Positions 38,964 through 49,158 are shown, numbered from the stretch's first letter. The stretch: DNA of 64,000 bases from Deltaproteobacteria bacterium (GCA_052390235.1 JBQTHB010000005.1:128001-192000), one strand, 5' to 3'. A program made the numbers and translations. The notes: generated by a model from the letters alone, not told the origin.

Positions 38964-40154
38964 ATGAAAAGCCGTGGTTTTACATTGATTGAGCTTCTCG
39001 TGTCGCTCTCGATTTTCGCGCTGATAATTACGGGCTTAACCATCGCCCTAATTCAGCAGCAGCGGCAGTTCAAGCTCACCCAAGAGGCGATAGACCTCGA
39101 CCAAACGGCGCGCATAACCCTGGATTACCTCGCTACGGAAGTCAGAAACGCAACCTCAAGGCAGGGCAAGACGTTTTCCATACAATTCACAAACGGCGGA
39201 AGCGGAGAATCCCCCCAGTGCTCCGACAACACCGGCGACGCCGGAAGCGCCGACGCCCCGCCCGACTGCCTCACCGTCTATACCTGGGACATAGGCAGAG
39301 GTCAGAACGGCAACAATCTGCCCTCGGTAGCCTCAGGGGTACAAATCGTATCCGCGGGCCCGCCTATGGTTCTGCAGCTCCCTCAGCAGTGGTTTCCGTC
39401 CGGGCAGGCGCGGCTACTTAACGACGGCGATTTCCTCGGCTTCAGGTCCCGCTTGAACCTCTGCAGTCCAAGCTCAAGTGTAAACTGCATCACGACCCCG
39501 CACCTTTGCACCGAATGCTCGGCGATACTGCGCGTAAGCTCGGTTGACACAGCGACGAGACAGGCAACAATTAACGACAGCGCCGCCCTGATTCAAGAAG
39601 AGAACTTCAGCGCCGATTTCACAGCTATGTCCACATTTCTCAGCTCCGCGTTCATCCCCCAAATCGCCTCTGTTGCATCCGAGATGACCATCGTTCAGAC
39701 AAGGACGTTCAGAATTGATATGGACAACGGCGAGCTTGAGATGTCTCAGAACGGGGGGAGTTTTCAACCCATATCCGGAGGGGTGGACTCCCCCGCGATA
39801 ATTGACCTCCAGTTCGTATTTAACCTCCAGGACGCAGACGGCAACATCACGAAAGTTGGAGTCCCTCTTAGCGCGGCAAATAGACGCTACCCCAATTTTC
39901 AAAGCGTCGCCTCGCTGCTGGGACGGGAAAAAGACATCAGAACCGTCGAGGTCTATATAGTCGTAAAATCGAAATTAAAACCGCGCCTGCCACAGGGAGG
40001 AACGGTTTCCCAGACAATCCCCGCCATCGCCGACGTGCTTCAAAGAACCGTTGCAAGCCCATCGGACTTTGACGAGCCGGAAGAGGGATTCGTCTATAGG
40101 GTGTTTTCCACAACGGTCTATATCAGAAATATGGCGAGAGAGGAATTCGGCTGA
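38964..40154 (+). CDS. pilW: PilW-like minor pilin
   Basis: G|FTLIELLVSL, AR.TLD.L..EVRNA, DLQFVF, C-terminal STTVYIRN. Confidence 0.85.
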   Translation: MKSRGFTLIELLVSLSIFALIITGLTIALIQQQRQFKLTQEAIDLDQTARITLDYLATEVRNATSRQGKTFSIQFTNGGSGESPQCSDNTGDAGSADAPPDCLTVYTWDIGRGQNGNNLPSVASGVQIVSAGPPMVLQLPQQWFPSGQARLLNDGDFLGFRSRLNLCSPSSSVNCITTPHLCTECSAILRVSSVDTATRQATINDSAALIQEENFSADFTAMSTFLSSAFIPQIASVASEMTIVQTRTFRIDMDNGELEMSQNGGSFQPISGGVDSPAIIDLQFVFNLQDADGNITKVGVPLSAANRRYPNFQSVASLLGREKDIRTVEVYIVVKSKLKPRLPQGGTVSQTIPAIADVLQRTVASPSDFDEPEEGFVYRVFSTTVYIRNMAREEFG

Positions 40155-40181
40155 TTTTTTAGGCAGGGACTCGGATAGGAG

Positions 40182-40763
40182 ATGAATAATATGAAAAAAT
40201 TAAGGAAAGAAGACGGTATCGCGTTAATTCTAGCCCTCTTGATGCTCCTGGTGATGTCCGCGCTCGCCGTAACGATTTCCTTCATGTCGAGCGTTGATTT
40301 TCAGACCATGTCCAATTACAAGCAGGGGCAGGAGGCTTTCCTTGCCGCCGAGAGGTGCGTTGAGGAGGGAAGGCAGAGGTTCGAGACAGTGGGCATTGAG
40401 ACTCTATTTTTCCTCTTGCAGAGCGGAGTCGCCTCAGACGAGTTGACAATAGAAATTGACCTTCCAAACGGCTCGAAGTGCAGAACGGGACCTAGAGGTT
40501 TCAACAGGGCAAGCCCCTCAGACCCCGCGCCTTTCATACAAATCCCTCCGCCCACAAAGGCTTTTGGGAGACCCGTTAAGAACGTGAGCCTGCCCTCAGG
40601 GGGAATCGGCGGGGCGGCTGTAGTCTCGACGAGCTTTCTGGTAACGGGCAAAGACGCGGGAGACAAGGACAAAGATGACACCGACCCGGACCTAAACACC
40701 GGCACAGAAATCGCCATTGGGTTTGAGAGCTTCATTCCCGGAGGGGCAAGCAATGTCTATTAA
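40182..40763 (+). CDS. pilX: PilX-like minor pilin
   Basis: G|IALILALL without Glu5, and NYK..QEAFLAAE, typical of the PilX N-terminus. Confidence 0.85.
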   Translation: MNNMKKLRKEDGIALILALLMLLVMSALAVTISFMSSVDFQTMSNYKQGQEAFLAAERCVEEGRQRFETVGIETLFFLLQSGVASDELTIEIDLPNGSKCRTGPRGFNRASPSDPAPFIQIPPPTKAFGRPVKNVSLPSGGIGGAAVVSTSFLVTGKDAGDKDKDDTDPDLNTGTEIAIGFESFIPGGASNVY

Positions 40764-43700
40764 TTTCCGATTCGCGATGAAGCCCAAGATTCTTTTGGTT
40801 GCTCTCTCGCTCGTTTTCGTCGTGGGCGCGCACGGAGACGATATTATCCAAAACCAAGTCGAAGACCTGAATATACTCACCTCCCAAGTATTCGGGGGAC
40901 AGCCCAACGTCCTAATGGTTTACGATAGTTCCTATTCGATGGGAACGAACTTCGGCGGCGCAGAAAGCGCTAATTGGGACAACACGAGCATCACCGCAAC
41001 GTGCGCCATAGACGCCAATCAACCTCTCTGCGGTAGTAGCCCCAACACCGACGCCTGCCGCGCGGCAAAGGCGCACTGCATGGGCAACGCCTCGGGGATA
41101 AACCCCTGCGGGAGCGCCGCCTGCTCCGGCTCAAGCTCTGGAACGTGCGCACTGCCGGATGATTTTGAGAGATTCCTCCAGTGCGTTGAATCGAAATATT
41201 CCAGCGCGATAGTTACAAATACCTTCAGCGCCGTTACAACCAACGCCTGCGGAGGCTCTTCGAGCAATCCGAGAGTGGAATGCACCACGAACGCCGAGCG
41301 CGCCCGCGCCGCCGCCGCTATGGAGAATTTCGCCCTTCTTCAGGCAAATGCGGCGAACTCCTCGCTCTTTCCTCTCACTTGCGGGGCTTCTCTCTGCTCC
41401 GCAACCGCCGACGCCGATAAGTCCTGCAACGCCGCTGACACCGGAAGCGGGAGAAACGTCGTCCCCGGAGATTATTCAAATTTTGTCTCCTGCATGAACT
41501 CAAACAGAATTCAGCCCACCGCCATTACCTGTACAGACGGGAAAAACTGCTCCCAAGGCAGATACGGCTCAACCCGTCTCGACGCCGTTATAGCGAGCTT
41601 TTTCGATTTTCTCGACGCCGATCCTAACGACGGCAACCGGCTTTCCAACTACAACTGCGATGACCCGAACAGGCTCTTCAACGGCACGAATACCTCAATA
41701 AACTGCCATGATTTTATGAACACCCCTTTCCGTGATTTAGCCAATATAGTCTCCGGGCAGAGCAACGGCAGACTCCCAATCACGAACGCGTCCGATATTA
41801 AGCTCGAAGATATACTTGACTCAAGCGACCTCAGCGCTCTGGGACTCAGAATCCGCCCCATCGTCTATGGCGGAGGCGGGGCGGCAATCAGCGGCACATC
41901 GAGCTGTACCGGAAACTCTCTCATTAAGGGGCCACAAGGGGGATTTGCAGGGGGGAGCCAGACCAATATTCAGAATATTTGGAGGTTCTTTAACCAGCTC
42001 ACCCCCGGAGGTCGCTCGATTTTGGCGGGCGCGCTGGGCTTCGACGACAATTACGCGACAAACAGCACATACGGCGACGACGCGCTAAGGGATTTTGAAC
42101 TTCAGCTCAGAACCGGAGGAAGCGACGACAGCTGCGCCGGGAATTTCACAATCATAATTTCAAATGGGCAGGATCAATGCTCAGGCGATGGCTCGGCTCT
42201 CCCCGGCTCTGCTCAGGGAGCGAATAACTTCCCTCCGATAACCGGAAACGCAAACCGCAGAAGCACCATCCAAGCCGTAAGCAACCTGAGAACGCATTTC
42301 GTAAGAAACAACCTCAATAACGGCGAGGACGCAAATAAGGAAATCATCACATTTGTCATCTGCCTAGGCGTAAATGACCCTAAATCCGTCAGAACCTGCA
42401 ATGGTATGGCTCTCGGAGGCGGCACTCATACAACCGGCATCATCCAGCACACAGACCCCGACGGAAACACCGTAGGGGCAATAGACATTGACGCAATTCT
42501 CGGAGCGGGAAACCCTGGACTAAGCAAATTCGCAAGAGCCTTAGGGATTGAAAGCGGCGCTTATCTGACCGGATGCCGCGCGGGCGAAGAAAACGAGGCG
42601 ACTGGAGCCTGCGCCTATAGTGGAGATACGGTTTTCGAGAACGCTTTCTTTAATAACTCAGGCACACTCGACACTACGGCTATCGGAGAGAGTTTCGCAT
42701 TCTTCGCCGACAGTCCCGAAGACCTAACCGCCGCCATCACCACGATTTTAGGATTCATCGAGTCTTTCCCCACCACGGGAGTCGCCCCAACTGCTCCTCA
42801 GTCCTCAACGGCTGTAGGCGTGAGAGACCGGGTTTTTCTATCGCTCCTCAGACCCATCACGGACGAGAGGCTTTGGCAGGGCAGACTCGCCCTTTACGGA
42901 TTCGCAGATGACCCGGGTAATCCCGGAAGCAGGGTTATCATTAGAAAACCGGCGAACACAAGCCAGGATTTGAGCAATGCTGATGTCGTAGCGAGCCTAG
43001 CCATATTCGACAGCGACGGAACTATAAACGATAACGCCAAGCAGTTTTTCTGGGAGGCAGGGAAAAACCTCGCGGAGAGAAATTTAAACTCGGACGCGAG
43101 ACGGCTCTTTACCATTGACAGATTGAACAATCTCGACACGACAGCTGTGAGCGGGGTAGTTCAGAGGATCAGATACAGGGGCGACCTCACGGATTTTCTC
43201 ACCACGAATTCCACCCTAACACCGGATGTGTTTGGCATAAGCGATGCGGACGTTACCAACCCAATACCCTCTTTCTGCGCGTCCTCAAGCGAGATAGCCA
43301 ACTGCACATCCGATTGCTCAAACATCACAAGCGACTCCTGCAGAACGTGCGTTAAGACCTGCATCAAAGATAAAATCATAGGATTCATGAGCGGCAACAC
43401 CGAAATTGACACCAGAGGAGACCCCCTCGGCGAGCCTACGACCGACTCCTGCTCCGGCGACCCTTCGCTCGATAAAGGGATTATCGGGTGCGGATGCCCG
43501 AATCTCGAAAACGACCCCCCGACGGGCAGTTTCGCCAGATGCTCCGTGAGACTCGGCGATATGTTCCACACATTCCCGGTTTTGGTAGGCTCTCCATCGC
43601 CGCTTTTCTTCGACACCGGGTTTCAGAACTTCGCAAGGGGATTTAGAAATAGGTCTGCCGCCGTATATTCCGGCGCGAACGACGGATTCATCCATTCATT

Positions 43701-45465
43701 CCACGCCGGAGAACTCGTTACCACCCTTCCGGCGACAAATCCTTTCACCAACGAGCAGGAAACTGTCCCCTTCTTTAACGAGGGAAGCGGCAAGGAGTTG
43801 TTCGCCTACGCCCCGCCCTCATTCCTGACCGACTCCATAGCCCCGTCGAGCAAAGCCCCGACCTCGCCCTCAGGCATCACTCCGGACTACAGATTAGGGG
43901 ATTTTAAAACCTTCATCGCCGATAATCTATTTCAGCGCTCCTTTGCCGATGGCTCCCCCTTGGTTGCGGACGTATTTGTTGACGGATTCATAAACGGCAT
44001 AGCGAATGACTCCATCTGCACTAGCGCCCCCGCCCTAGACGGGATAATTGACCCCTGCGGAAAGGAATGGCACTCTGTGCTTCTCGCCGGATACAGGAAC
44101 GGAGGCGGAGCGTACACCGCGCTCGACGTTACCAACCCCAAGTGTAGCGGCACGAGCTGCGCCTCGCTGGGACTCCAGAAAGGGTCTGGGCCGACCTATC
44201 CGAAGCACCTTTGGACAGTTTTTGATAAAAATTTCGGCAACACATGGTCAAATCCCACCATAGGAAGGGTGAGAATGACGGTTCAAAACGCCGCCGGAGC
44301 GATCATCACAACTGACAGATGGCTCATGTTCGCGGGCGGAGGCTTACACCCAACCGACACCGACCCCACAAACGGGCTCACGACGAGCATGGGCAACGCT
44401 TTTTACGCAATTGACATTCCGACCGGAAATGTCGTATTTAAATTTCACCCTGAAGGCACGCTCGCAAACGACGACAACATGGTATGCGACGTGCCAAGCG
44501 ATGTAGGCGTCTATGACCTTAACGCCGACGGCTACGCTGACATCGCAATGGTCGGGGACACCTGCGGCAGAATGTGGGAGTTTGATATTTCAAGACCCAT
44601 AAGCGGCGGGGCGGTTTCAGCTACGGGGCTTCAGGGAAACGCCGTCATAACTGCTCCCAATTGGACGGGGCATATCGCTTTTTGCGCCAACACCGCCGCC
44701 GAATGCGCCAAGGCGCAAAACCGCCCGACGCTGAACAGGCAGCCAATTTTCTTCCCTCCATCAGTGGTTTTAGACCAAATGGGCAGAAGACACGTCATAT
44801 TCACTACCGGAAATAGGAGAAATCCCACAGACCCGACCCAGTTCGGCAAGCTCTACAACTTTATTGATCCGTTCGTTCCCTCTTTCCTCGGAGGAGGGTC
44901 CCCGCCGCCGTTTAAAACAGAGGGCAGTTTCACCTCCGGGCAGATTATAATACTAGTCCCGCAAACCGGCACAGGCATAGAGAGTCAATTCACCGTTACA
45001 GGCGGAGGGAATGTGAATGGAGAGTTTATCGTGCAGTTCCCGGACAATCCAACCTCGGCGAGCGGCGGAGAAAAGGGCTTCGGCACTCCTGTGGTCATAA
45101 ACGGCGTGCTGGTATTTACGACCTTTGCGCCGGATGCGGGCTCGGGCGGGGCTTGCTCGGCGGGTTTCGGCTTGGGAAGGGTGTTTGCGCTGGATTATCT
45201 CTCAGGAGTGCCGGCTCTCATAAAAATTCCGGGGGCGCAGGGGCTGCTTCAGGGGAGCGACTCGGCTAAAGCCGCCGCTGCTGGAAGAACCGTAGCAGAG
45301 GGACTGCCCTCGCCGGCTCGGCTTACATACGGCACGAGAGGCTCGGTTATACTGACCCTTGCCTTCAGCGGCGGCCCCACAAGCGGAGGGGCGAGCTTCT
45401 TGGTGTGGGAAGCCGGAGGGTTTCTGCCGAGGACTCAGACATTTTTCTGGGAGGAGATTCTCTAG
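40753..45465 (+). CDS. pilY1: PilY1/PilC-like tip adhesin, paralog 2
   Basis: ATG 40753 overlaps the pilX stop (GGAGGGG RBS). Signal peptide (AHG|DD), DSSYS, RLGDMFH, GANDG, DLNADGYAD. Colinear with paralog 1. Confidence 0.9.
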   Translation: MSINFRFAMKPKILLVALSLVFVVGAHGDDIIQNQVEDLNILTSQVFGGQPNVLMVYDSSYSMGTNFGGAESANWDNTSITATCAIDANQPLCGSSPNTDACRAAKAHCMGNASGINPCGSAACSGSSSGTCALPDDFERFLQCVESKYSSAIVTNTFSAVTTNACGGSSSNPRVECTTNAERARAAAAMENFALLQANAANSSLFPLTCGASLCSATADADKSCNAADTGSGRNVVPGDYSNFVSCMNSNRIQPTAITCTDGKNCSQGRYGSTRLDAVIASFFDFLDADPNDGNRLSNYNCDDPNRLFNGTNTSINCHDFMNTPFRDLANIVSGQSNGRLPITNASDIKLEDILDSSDLSALGLRIRPIVYGGGGAAISGTSSCTGNSLIKGPQGGFAGGSQTNIQNIWRFFNQLTPGGRSILAGALGFDDNYATNSTYGDDALRDFELQLRTGGSDDSCAGNFTIIISNGQDQCSGDGSALPGSAQGANNFPPITGNANRRSTIQAVSNLRTHFVRNNLNNGEDANKEIITFVICLGVNDPKSVRTCNGMALGGGTHTTGIIQHTDPDGNTVGAIDIDAILGAGNPGLSKFARALGIESGAYLTGCRAGEENEATGACAYSGDTVFENAFFNNSGTLDTTAIGESFAFFADSPEDLTAAITTILGFIESFPTTGVAPTAPQSSTAVGVRDRVFLSLLRPITDERLWQGRLALYGFADDPGNPGSRVIIRKPANTSQDLSNADVVASLAIFDSDGTINDNAKQFFWEAGKNLAERNLNSDARRLFTIDRLNNLDTTAVSGVVQRIRYRGDLTDFLTTNSTLTPDVFGISDADVTNPIPSFCASSSEIANCTSDCSNITSDSCRTCVKTCIKDKIIGFMSGNTEIDTRGDPLGEPTTDSCSGDPSLDKGIIGCGCPNLENDPPTGSFARCSVRLGDMFHTFPVLVGSPSPLFFDTGFQNFARGFRNRSAAVYSGANDGFIHSFHAGELVTTLPATNPFTNEQETVPFFNEGSGKELFAYAPPSFLTDSIAPSSKAPTSPSGITPDYRLGDFKTFIADNLFQRSFADGSPLVADVFVDGFINGIANDSICTSAPALDGIIDPCGKEWHSVLLAGYRNGGGAYTALDVTNPKCSGTSCASLGLQKGSGPTYPKHLWTVFDKNFGNTWSNPTIGRVRMTVQNAAGAIITTDRWLMFAGGGLHPTDTDPTNGLTTSMGNAFYAIDIPTGNVVFKFHPEGTLANDDNMVCDVPSDVGVYDLNADGYADIAMVGDTCGRMWEFDISRPISGGAVSATGLQGNAVITAPNWTGHIAFCANTAAECAKAQNRPTLNRQPIFFPPSVVLDQMGRRHVIFTTGNRRNPTDPTQFGKLYNFIDPFVPSFLGGGSPPPFKTEGSFTSGQIIILVPQTGTGIESQFTVTGGGNVNGEFIVQFPDNPTSASGGEKGFGTPVVINGVLVFTTFAPDAGSGGACSAGFGLGRVFALDYLSGVPALIKIPGAQGLLQGSDSAKAAAAGRTVAEGLPSPARLTYGTRGSVILTLAFSGGPTSGGASFLVWEAGGFLPRTQTFFWEEIL

Positions 45466-45482
45466 GGCGCAGAGGTGATATT

Positions 45483-46010
45483 ATGAGTGAAAAAAAAAGA
45501 AGCGGATTTAGCCTCATAGAAGCCATCGTGGTTACGGGAATAATCTCAATATTCGTCGTTCTAGCCGGAGGGCTGTCGAGCAAGGTATTTTCGCGCCGCT
45601 CGGTTGACAACATCACTCAAAACATCGCATCCACGCTTCAGCTCGTAAAACTCAAGGCGGCAAGGCAGGGTGTGGAATATCAGGCAATTTTCACCTACGA
45701 TGCCGTCGAGCAAACCCTGGAAATCGTAACCGAGCGCGGAGACAGCAACAGAGGCTCGGTTGACTACGCGGAGGAATCCTCTCATACCATAAAAGTTCTA
45801 AAGGGAATGAACATAACCCCCGCCGCGCGCACTTTTAATTTCAACCCGAATGGCACGCTCGGCGGCGCAAGCGGGACAATGCGGATAATTCCCACTACCG
45901 AAGCCAATATTAAAAAATGCGGATCCGTAGTCGTAAGCCCATTCGGCAGAATCAGAGTCATCGAAGGGAATTGGGATGGAAGCAACTGCGATGCGATTCG
46001 AGATTCCTGA
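45483..46010 (+). CDS. FimT/FimU-like minor pilin
   Basis: GAGGTG RBS; G|FSLIEAIVV; FNPNG and VSPFGRI GspH/FimT-type motifs. Confidence 0.82.
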   Translation: MSEKKRSGFSLIEAIVVTGIISIFVVLAGGLSSKVFSRRSVDNITQNIASTLQLVKLKAARQGVEYQAIFTYDAVEQTLEIVTERGDSNRGSVDYAEESSHTIKVLKGMNITPAARTFNFNPNGTLGGASGTMRIIPTTEANIKKCGSVVVSPFGRIRVIEGNWDGSNCDAIRDS

Positions 46011-46254
46011 GAGAGCTGTGAATTTGAGGCGGGATGCCGTCTTAAAAGATTCCTTCTGCCGTGATAGCAGAGATTAAAGCCCGGCAAGAACCCTCTTTTT
46101 TTGCCTGAAGCGCGGGGCTCCCGGGCGTTTAGCTCCGCCCTGCCGAACCTCTCAAAAATTAATTTGCTTAATGAAGGATAGTAAGGATAATTTTAAGCGA
46201 AACCTTCACCTTCACTTTGAGAGGCTGAAAATATTGAGTAAAATCATAACCCTA

Positions 46255-49158
46255 ATGAAGAGAATACACATTGTTTTCATTATTCTCGTGCCTTTGGTTT
46301 ACTTCTCTTTTTTCTCGTCCGGCCTCGATAAAGTCGAATCCCTAGGCAGAGAGAGCCTCGGCGTTTTCCCCTCGGTCAAGCAGTATGTCAATAGGTACTA
46401 TGTTGACCAATCGGCTGTAAACCCAAGGGTAATGCTGTTTAGCGGTCTCGAAAAGCTGGAGAGGACGCTCGATGAGGTTCTAGTTGAGTTCCCCGACGGC
46501 AAAGACGGCTCTGTGCTTCGGGTTCAAGTTATGAGAGAAGAGAGGGTATTCGATATAAGCCGCGTTTTCGACCTTGACGACACCGAAGAGGTAATGGAGA
46601 AGGTTTTCCAGTTCATAGCCCCGCGCCTTGAGCCTAAGAATTCAAAGCTGCTTGATGTGGAATACGCCGTGGTGGACGAGATGATGAAAACCCTTGACGC
46701 TCATTCCGGCATTATCCCCCCGGAGGTCTATAAGGAATTCATGATAGAAACCGAGGGGAGTTTCGGAGGGCTTGGAATAGTCATCGGGCTTAGAAACAAT
46801 CAGCTCACGGTCATAGCCCCAATTGAAGGCACTCCGGCTTACAAGTCAGGAATAAAACCAAACGATAAAATTGTCCAAATCGGGGACGAATCCACGGTGA
46901 ATATGTCTCTGGTGGAAGCCGTCGGCAAGCTCCGAGGCGCAAGGGGAACACCGGTTAGCATATTTGTCCTCAGAGATGGTTTCGCCGAGCCTAAGCAGTT
47001 CTCCATAATAAGAGACATTATACGCATCGAGAGCGTCGAGGCGTTTAATCTCAGCGGCGGAGTGGGCTATGTGAGAATCAGGGACTTTCAGAAGAACACC
47101 TTAACTAGCCTTCAGGAGAGCATCGCCAATATTGGGAAGAATGAAAATCTGCGGGGGATAATACTCGACCTCAGGGGGAATCCCGGAGGCTTACTAGACC
47201 AGGCTGAGAGGGTATCAGACCTTTTTCTCAAAAAAGGGGTCATCGTTACAACAAAAGTGGGAGAATCAAAAAAACGCTTCAGCGCCACCGAGGGGAGTCA
47301 TGAGTTCAGCGGCAGAGTCGTGGTTCTAGCCGACTCCGGCAGCGCAAGCGCATCTGAAATCGTGGCGGGAGCGCTTAAGAACAACGGACGCGCCACCCTT
47401 ATCGGAGAGACCACTTTCGGCAAGGGTTCGGTTCAGCAGATTTTCGAGCTAAACGACAACTCCGCCCTGAAACTCACCATAGCCGCGTATCTCACCCCCG
47501 GCGACATCTCCATTCAAGACACCGGCATCACACCCGACATAATGCTACATCCCGCGGTAATATCGAAAGACAACGTGCTTTTCAACGCCCCTTCCACACA
47601 GGAGCGCGAGAACAAACCCAACGGGCAGAAGCAACAATCAACCGAGAAGCCAGTTTACTCCATAACCTATCTCGAATCCCCCGCCGCCGAGGCTTCTTCG
47701 CAGGAGGAGCAAACCCCTGAAGAGGCGCTGAGCAAGGAGGAGAAGAGGAAAAAACTCGAAGCCGATTTTTATATAAAAACGGCAAGGGAGCTTATTCTCT
47801 CCTCGAATTCCCCTTCGAGGGAGGCAACGCTGACTCAATCGAGCGCGAAGATTGAGCAAATCTCCAAAAGCGAAGAGCAGAAGATTGTGGAGCGCTGGAA
47901 GAGCCTTGGGATTGACTGGTCGGAAGGGGGAAATGGCGTCTCGCCTCGTCCCTCAGTGTCGGTGAGCATCTCTCCGCCGACGCTGAGAATCAAAGCCGGC
48001 GAGAAACTCACGTTCTTTGTAGAGGCCGAGAACACGGGGATTTTACCGGTCTATAGGCTCTCGGCGATAGCAAAATCCGAAAATGCCCTATTTAACGGCA
48101 GGGAATTTATATTCGGCAAACTCGACCCCGGACAAAAGGGCAAGTGGTCAGCGACGGTTGAAGCCCCAAAATGGGTATTGAGCCGCGAGGACGAGATTTC
48201 TCTTAAATTCAAGGACTCGTCGAGCGCCGAGACGCCGGATTTCAAGTTCAAGATAGAGACTCAAGAGATAAAACGCCCTGTGTTCGCCTTCAACTACGAG
48301 GTGGTGGACGATGGGCGCTACGGCTCGATGGGAAACGGGAACGGAGTGCCGGAAGTGGGCGAGAGAATCGGGCTATTGCTTAGGGTGAAAAACATAGGGG
48401 ACGGGGATTCGGAAAAAGTGGTTTTGGCTCTTAAAAATATGTCAGGGGATAAGATATTTCTCAAAAACGGGAGGGCGGATTTCGAGCGTCTCTCTGCCGG
48501 CGAGATTAAGCAGACGGCTCTGACCTTTGACGTAAAGAAATTTGACTCGAAAATCCTCATGGAGCTTCAAATCCTAGATGAGGTGTTCAGAGACGGAATT
48601 ACGAGCAAAATCCTCATCCCCGAGGACAGCACTGAAAAAGGGTTGGTGAGCAGAGCCCTTGGGAGCAGAGTTCTAAAGGACGACGCCCCGATAAGAGGCG
48701 GCAGTTTCAGCGATGCCCCGGTGCTTGCCCTCTCCTCGAAGGGGTCTATTTTTAAGACCTTGGGCGAAAAAGAGGACTGGATTAAAATTATTCTAAACGA
48801 AAACCTAAATGGCTGGATAAGCAAAGACGACGTTGAAACCGTAGATTTCACCGCAGACGGCGCACAGTTCAGAGAGATATTCAAAGACCCGCCCTCAGTT
48901 GAGGTTTTCAGCCCGCCGCTCTCTACGACTTCGGGTGAGTTAAACCTAAAGGGTCTAATCAAAGATAAAGACGGAGTGGAACTCATATCCGTTTTCGTAG
49001 GGGACGATAAAGTAAAGCTCCTGCCCTCGGGGGCGAGGGAAGTGCCAATTTCCCTGAAACTCAAGCTCAAGGACGGGATAAACCTCATAACTCTGGTTGC
49101 TAAGGATAAAGCCGGTCTCGTGTCGCGGGAGAGTTTTGTCGTAAGAAAGGAAGGCTGA
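46255..49158 (+). CDS. Large S41 C-terminal processing protease (PDZ + S41 + Ig-like and SH3-like domains)
   Basis: TLDAHS, FGGLGI (PDZ), DLRGNPGG, SASASE (Ser), TFGKG (Lys), GITPD. The long C-terminal extension resembles the myxobacterial MXAN_5808 type. Confidence 0.9.
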   Translation: MKRIHIVFIILVPLVYFSFFSSGLDKVESLGRESLGVFPSVKQYVNRYYVDQSAVNPRVMLFSGLEKLERTLDEVLVEFPDGKDGSVLRVQVMREERVFDISRVFDLDDTEEVMEKVFQFIAPRLEPKNSKLLDVEYAVVDEMMKTLDAHSGIIPPEVYKEFMIETEGSFGGLGIVIGLRNNQLTVIAPIEGTPAYKSGIKPNDKIVQIGDESTVNMSLVEAVGKLRGARGTPVSIFVLRDGFAEPKQFSIIRDIIRIESVEAFNLSGGVGYVRIRDFQKNTLTSLQESIANIGKNENLRGIILDLRGNPGGLLDQAERVSDLFLKKGVIVTTKVGESKKRFSATEGSHEFSGRVVVLADSGSASASEIVAGALKNNGRATLIGETTFGKGSVQQIFELNDNSALKLTIAAYLTPGDISIQDTGITPDIMLHPAVISKDNVLFNAPSTQERENKPNGQKQQSTEKPVYSITYLESPAAEASSQEEQTPEEALSKEEKRKKLEADFYIKTARELILSSNSPSREATLTQSSAKIEQISKSEEQKIVERWKSLGIDWSEGGNGVSPRPSVSVSISPPTLRIKAGEKLTFFVEAENTGILPVYRLSAIAKSENALFNGREFIFGKLDPGQKGKWSATVEAPKWVLSREDEISLKFKDSSSAETPDFKFKIETQEIKRPVFAFNYEVVDDGRYGSMGNGNGVPEVGERIGLLLRVKNIGDGDSEKVVLALKNMSGDKIFLKNGRADFERLSAGEIKQTALTFDVKKFDSKILMELQILDEVFRDGITSKILIPEDSTEKGLVSRALGSRVLKDDAPIRGGSFSDAPVLALSSKGSIFKTLGEKEDWIKIILNENLNGWISKDDVETVDFTADGAQFREIFKDPPSVEVFSPPLSTTSGELNLKGLIKDKDGVELISVFVGDDKVKLLPSGAREVPISLKLKLKDGINLITLVAKDKAGLVSRESFVVRKEG

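Noticed and set aside
33096..45465. Multiheme cytochrome or nanowire reading of the Cys-rich PilY1 proteins
   Set aside because: No CxxCH motif; the CxxC in both copies is followed by Val.
46011..46170. Possible known ncRNA in the fimT-protease spacer
   Set aside because: Several short hairpins are present, but no recognisable tRNA, riboswitch or other family signature.
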